Of a stretch of 64,000 nt of DNA, positions 59,716-64,000 are shown piece after piece. Position 1 is the stretch's first letter. Each line of letters begins with the position of its first letter. The DNA lies in the NCBI GenBank assembly GCA_965203325.1, contig OZ241875.1:1530212-1594211 (forward strand). Reading direction: 5' to 3'. A program made the translations under genes and the position numbers. The notes under the pieces are model-generated. The model was not told where the DNA came from and ran no database searches. It saw nothing but the letters and a program-made list of their open reading frames with translations. This DNA comes from a bacterium (GTDB lineage Bacteria > UBA8248).

Positions 59716-60579
59716 ATGCCGCTCGAGAAGACGCTCGCCATCTTCGGCTATCCCCTGGGGCACACGCTCTCGCCCGTCATGCACAACGCGGCGGCGCAGG
59801 CGCTGGGTCTGCCCTACCGCTTCCAGGCGTACGAGGTTCACCCGGACAAGTACGAAGAAGCGGTGCGCGGCGCGGGCGCGATGGGTTTCGCGGGCTTTTG
59901 CGTCACCATCCCCCACAAGGTGGCCACCTTCCGGCTGGTGGACGAGTTGAGCGAGGACGCGAGACTCATGGGCGCGGTGAACATGGTGACCTTCGAGGAG
60001 GGCGGCACGCTCAAGGGCCACAACACCGACGGCGCGGGCTGGCTGCGCTCCCTGGAAGAGGAAACGGGCGTTTCGCCTGAGGGGAAAAGGTGCCTCCTTC
60101 TCGGCGCGGGCGGGGCCGCGCGGGCCATCGCCATCAAGCTCGCGCAAACAGGGGCGGCGCACGTCGAGATCAGGAACCGCACGGCGGAAAAAGCGGTGGC
60201 GCTGGCGAGCGAGGTGAAATCGCATTTCCCGGAAGTCGAAATACACGGAGACGGCCTGGAGGAGCTTGAATCCGCCGCCAGTGGGCGGGATATTATCGTC
60301 AACACGACGAGCCTGGGGATGACCGGCGACAAGGCGCGGGAGGCGGCCTGCTGCCTGCCCGAGGAGTTCATACCGCCTGCGAGCATTTGCGCCGACGCGG
60401 TCTACAACCCGCTCGACACCCCGTTCCTGAAAGCCGCCCGCCGGAGAGGCGCGCGCGCCGTCTCGGGGGTCGGCTGGCTTTTGCACCAGGGCGCCCTGGG
60501 CTGGGAGCTTTGGACCGGCACGCAGATGCCGGTCGAGCACGTGCGCGAGAAGATGCTCGAAGCGCTTCGGAACCGATAG
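59716..60579 (+). CDS. aroE: shikimate dehydrogenase
   Basis: GYPLGHTLSP...VTIPHK...LLGAGGAARA motifs. RBS GAGGAG. Confidence 0.85.
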   Translation: MPLEKTLAIFGYPLGHTLSPVMHNAAAQALGLPYRFQAYEVHPDKYEEAVRGAGAMGFAGFCVTIPHKVATFRLVDELSEDARLMGAVNMVTFEEGGTLKGHNTDGAGWLRSLEEETGVSPEGKRCLLLGAGGAARAIAIKLAQTGAAHVEIRNRTAEKAVALASEVKSHFPEVEIHGDGLEELESAASGRDIIVNTTSLGMTGDKAREAACCLPEEFIPPASICADAVYNPLDTPFLKAARRRGARAVSGVGWLLHQGALGWELWTGTQMPVEHVREKMLEALRNR

Positions 60580-60612
60580 TATCTACATAAGAAAAGGAGC
60601 CAGAGAGATTCC

Positions 60613-61803
60613 ATGAGTATGCCGCTTGAGGGGATTCGCGTCCTCGATCTTTCCAGAATACTGGCGGGGCCGTTCTGCACGATGATGCTCGGCGACATGG
60701 GGGCCGAAGTCATCAAGGTCGAAAACCCCGTCGGTGGAGACGACACACGCGGCTGGCCGCCTTTTTACGAGGGGGGCGAAAGCAGCTATTTCCAGTCCGT
60801 GAACCGCAACAAGAAAAGCCTCACGCTGAACCTGAAAGCCGATGAAGGAAAAGAGGTTTTAAGAGCGCTCGTCGAGAAATCGGACGTCCTCATCCAGAAT
60901 TTCCGGCCCGGCGCCATCGAGCGGCTCGGCTTCGACTGGGATACCTGCCACGCCCTCAACCCCCGGCTCATCTACGCCAGCGTCTCGGGCTACGGCCAGA
61001 GCGGCCCCTCCAAGGAGAGACCCGCCTACGACATTCTCTTACAAGGCGAAGGCGGACTCATGAGCATCACGGGCGCCGAGGCAGGCGGCGGCTTCAAGAC
61101 GGGCATCGCCATCGCCGACCTCACCACCGCCATGTTCGCGACCCAGGGGATCCTGCTGGCCATCATCGCCCGCGAGAGGACGGGGGAGGGCCAATACGTC
61201 GACACAGCGATCCAGGACGGGCAGGCCGCGCTGATGAGCCACGCAGCGGGGAACTTCTTCGCCACGGGCACCCCGCCCGGACGCCTCGGGAACCGCCATC
61301 CGAGCATCGCGCCGTACCGCGATTTTCCCTGCTCGGACGGGGAACTCATCGTCGCGGCGGCCAACGACTCCTTGTGGCAGCGCTTCGCCCGCGCCATCGG
61401 CAGGGCAGATCTGGCGGACGACCCCAAATGGGATACGAACGCGGCGCGCGTCTCGGGGCGCGATGAACTCGAAGCCGAGATCGAGGAGACCATGCGGGCC
61501 AGAACCCGCGCTGAGTGGGCTGAAATCGTATCGGATGCGGGCGTGCCCTGTGGGCCGGTGCGGACGATCGAGGAGTTGTGCGCGGACCCGCAGATCCATC
61601 ACCGCGAGATGGTGGTCGAGATGGAGCACGCGAGGACCGGCGCCCTGAAGGTGATGGGAAACCCCATGAAGCTCTCGGACACGCCCGGCGAACTCCGCCT
61701 TCCCCCTCCCCTGCTGGGCGAGCACACCGAAGAAGTTCTCTCGGGCCTGCTCGGCAAGTCGGGCGAGGAGATCGCCGCGCTGAAAGAAAAGGGCGTCGCC
61801 TAG
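60613..61803 (+). CDS. CoA-transferase family III (CaiB/BaiF) protein
   Basis: LEGIRVLDLSRILAGPFCTMMLGDMGAEVIKVE N-terminal signature. Confidence 0.85.
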   Translation: MSMPLEGIRVLDLSRILAGPFCTMMLGDMGAEVIKVENPVGGDDTRGWPPFYEGGESSYFQSVNRNKKSLTLNLKADEGKEVLRALVEKSDVLIQNFRPGAIERLGFDWDTCHALNPRLIYASVSGYGQSGPSKERPAYDILLQGEGGLMSITGAEAGGGFKTGIAIADLTTAMFATQGILLAIIARERTGEGQYVDTAIQDGQAALMSHAAGNFFATGTPPGRLGNRHPSIAPYRDFPCSDGELIVAAANDSLWQRFARAIGRADLADDPKWDTNAARVSGRDELEAEIEETMRARTRAEWAEIVSDAGVPCGPVRTIEELCADPQIHHREMVVEMEHARTGALKVMGNPMKLSDTPGELRLPPPLLGEHTEEVLSGLLGKSGEEIAALKEKGVA

Positions 61804-61896
61804 CGTTCATGAGGAGCCAAGCCTTGTCAGACGCGGCCCTCGCCGATAGGATGCGGGAGAAATCGCGGACTTGACTCGAAAATACGGAGAAACGTC

Positions 61897-62898
61897 CTGA
61901 GAACGGTCACGTATTCATTCAACTTCACCCTGCCCATCACGAACTGGTGCGTGAACCACTGCGGCTATTGCAGCTTCCGCAGCAGCGTTCCCCTCCTGCT
62001 CTCCATGGAGGAGTGCGAGCGGCTCGCGAGGGGGGCATTCGAGCAGGGCGTCGTCGAGGCGCTCGTCATGACGGGCGAGGGAATCGACCGGCACAAGGGC
62101 CTCAAGAATCAGCTCAAAGAATGGGGGTATGACTCCTACGCCGCCTATACGGCCGAGGTATGCAGAATGTGCCTCGACGTGGGTCTGCTGCCCCACGCCA
62201 ACATCGGCACGCTGGAGGAGTGGGAATACGAGATTCTAAAACCCTACAACGTCTCGATGGGCATGATGATGGAGACCGTCAGCGCAGAAGCCACACGTAT
62301 CGCCCACCGGGCGGCGCCGACGAAAACGCCCGAAGTCCGGCTCGCCTCGCTCGAGGCGGCGGGCAAGCTCGGAATCGCGTTCACGACGGGAATCCTCGTC
62401 GGCATCGGGGAATCGCCCCAAGAGCGCGTCGAGACGCTGGAAGCCATCGCCGGGGTGCACAGCCGTTACGGGCACATTCAGGAGATTATTTTGCAGCCCT
62501 TGAACCCCCAGCCCATGACCCCCATGGCCAGATGGACCCGTCCGCCGGATGAGGATATCGCGGCGCTTATCCCGGAAGTGCAAAGGCTCATGCCGGGCGT
62601 GCACATCCAGGTGCCGCCGAACCTGGTGGACGATCTGCTCGGCCTCATCATGGCGGGGGCGGACGACATCGGCGGCATTGCGCCGGAACCGGATCACATC
62701 AACCCGAACCGCGGCTGGCCCAAACTGGGGAATCTCGACCAGTCCCTCCACCAGGAGGACATCGCGCTGCGCCTGCGGATGCCGGTGTACGATGAATTCA
62801 TCGAGGCGGGCTGGTGCCCGCCCGAGACTATGCCCGCGCTCCGCCGGATGCTGGAGCGGCGCGAAGCGCAGGAAGCCCTGCCCGTGGAGATCGCATGA
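61897..62898 (+). CDS. cofG: 7,8-didemethyl-8-hydroxy-5-deazariboflavin (FO) synthase subunit CofG; start uncertain
   Basis: Radical-SAM CxxxCxYC (NWCVNHCGYC) preceded by VTYSFNFTLPITN. The track start GTG 61951 would remove the first Cys, so the true start is upstream (CTG 61897 or a frameshifted ATG 61809). Confidence 0.7.
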   Translation: MRTVTYSFNFTLPITNWCVNHCGYCSFRSSVPLLLSMEECERLARGAFEQGVVEALVMTGEGIDRHKGLKNQLKEWGYDSYAAYTAEVCRMCLDVGLLPHANIGTLEEWEYEILKPYNVSMGMMMETVSAEATRIAHRAAPTKTPEVRLASLEAAGKLGIAFTTGILVGIGESPQERVETLEAIAGVHSRYGHIQEIILQPLNPQPMTPMARWTRPPDEDIAALIPEVQRLMPGVHIQVPPNLVDDLLGLIMAGADDIGGIAPEPDHINPNRGWPKLGNLDQSLHQEDIALRLRMPVYDEFIEAGWCPPETMPALRRMLERREAQEALPVEIA

Positions 62899-64000
62899 AC
62901 GCCCTTTTCGCCCATGAAATTCTGGACGCCTTCGAGACGGGGGAGGAAATCTCGCGCGAGGGCGCGACCGCCCTGCTCGCCGAGCAGGATGCGGAGTTCA
63001 CCGAGCGTCTTTACGCGACGGCGGACGCGGAGAGGAAGAAAACCGTCGGCGATGAGGTGAGCTACGTCATCAACGCGAACGTGAACTTCACGAACGTATG
63101 CTACACGGACTGCAAATACTGCGGTTTCTGGCGGCGGCCGAACGCGCCTGACGCCTATACGCACGACGACGACGTGCTGCGCGAAAAATTCGAGCGCGCC
63201 AGGGACTTCGGCGTGCGCGAAATCTGCATGCAGGGGGGGCTGAACCCCCAGATATCGATCGACCGCTACGAGGAAGTGCTCCGGCTCGCGCGCGAAATCA
63301 TTCCCGGCGTCCACATGCACGCCTATTCGCCCGCGGAGGTCGACCACATCCAGCGGAAAACCAGGCTGCCCCTCGAAGTGGTGCTCACGCGGCTCAAGGA
63401 AGCGGGTCTCGGCTCCGTCCCCGGAACGGCGGCGGAGATACTCGTGGAGAGGGTGAAGAAGCTCATCAGTCCGGGGAGAATCCCCGTCGAGAGGTGGTGC
63501 GAGATCATCCGGACCGCCCACGCCGTGGGCATCCCGACGACGTCCACCGTCATGTACGGCCACATCGAGAGCAGCTCCGATCTGGCCGAGCACATGGATA
63601 TCCTCCGAAAAATGCAGAAAGACTCGCTCCAGACGGACGGAGAGGGCCGGTTCACGGAGTTCGTTCCCCTCCCCTTCATCCCGTACGACAACAAGATGGG
63701 CGAGGAGTTCGGCATCGAGAAGATGGCGGACCTGGAAACCATCTTCAGGCTCCACGCCGTGGCGCGGCTGTTCTTCCGGGGGACCATCGCCAACATCCAG
63801 GTGGCGTGGCCCAAGATCGGAATCGACGCGGCCCAGAAGGCGCTCTCCCTCGGGGTGAACGACCTGGGCGGGACGCTGATCGAGGAGAACATCTCGCGCG
63901 AGTCGGGTTCCGAATACGGGCAAAGCCTGAGCCCCAAACAGTTCAACGACGCCATCCTGGGAGCGGGGCGCACTCCCGTTCAGCGCACGACCACCTACGA
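62895..64000 (+). CDS. cofH: FO synthase subunit CofH (3' end beyond window)
   Basis: FTNVCYTDCKYCGF radical-SAM motif. ATG overlaps the cofG stop (ATGA). The open frame continues to the window edge. Confidence 0.85.
   Translation, partial: MNALFAHEILDAFETGEEISREGATALLAEQDAEFTERLYATADAERKKTVGDEVSYVINANVNFTNVCYTDCKYCGFWRRPNAPDAYTHDDDVLREKFERARDFGVREICMQGGLNPQISIDRYEEVLRLAREIIPGVHMHAYSPAEVDHIQRKTRLPLEVVLTRLKEAGLGSVPGTAAEILVERVKKLISPGRIPVERWCEIIRTAHAVGIPTTSTVMYGHIESSSDLAEHMDILRKMQKDSLQTDGEGRFTEFVPLPFIPYDNKMGEEFGIEKMADLETIFRLHAVARLFFRGTIANIQVAWPKIGIDAAQKALSLGVNDLGGTLIEENISRESGSEYGQSLSPKQFNDAILGAGRTPVQRTTTY

Overview
This is a high-GC bacterial chromosomal segment, about two-thirds G+C judged by eye (not computed). 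It carries roughly 55 protein-coding genes, one tRNA-Cys and one TPP riboswitch. Most genes are housekeeping or metabolic:
- Serine synthesis: serA and a class-V aminotransferase.
- Thiamine: thiC with its riboswitch.
- Haem: a hemE-hemH-hemY operon.
- Glycogen: glgB-glgX.
- F420: cofG-cofH, three luciferase-like (LLM) flavin oxidoreductases and one PNPOx-like protein.
- A sugar-type ABC importer and a leuCD-like dehydratase pair sitting with HpcH-aldolase, FAH and ferredoxin genes.
- A DUF1302/DUF1329/Ycf48-like/RND envelope gene cluster.

The accessory or unusual content is:
1. A complete IS110-family insertion sequence flanked by GCATATATGC palindromes.
2. A degraded AbiE toxin-antitoxin cassette (intact AbiEi, AbiEii cut to about 28 codons) lying inside an 0.8-kb segmental duplication that also copied the 3' end of the RND gene.
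3. A previously unnamed family of G/C-homopolymer palindromic repeat elements (C6-TGACAA-G7-TA-G7 arms) placed downstream of gene ends at several convergent intergenic regions.
4. A compositionally distinct low-GC island (about 32.8-36.9 kb) encoding a 782-aa P-loop NTPase with a near-consensus promoter plus small membrane proteins. This island is my best candidate for an undescribed system, possibly phage defence or abortive infection.
5. Two apparent homopolymer frameshifts (hemY; the cofG start region).

All coordinates come from reading the sequence and the ORF track. No database search was possible, so product calls rest on remembered family signatures.
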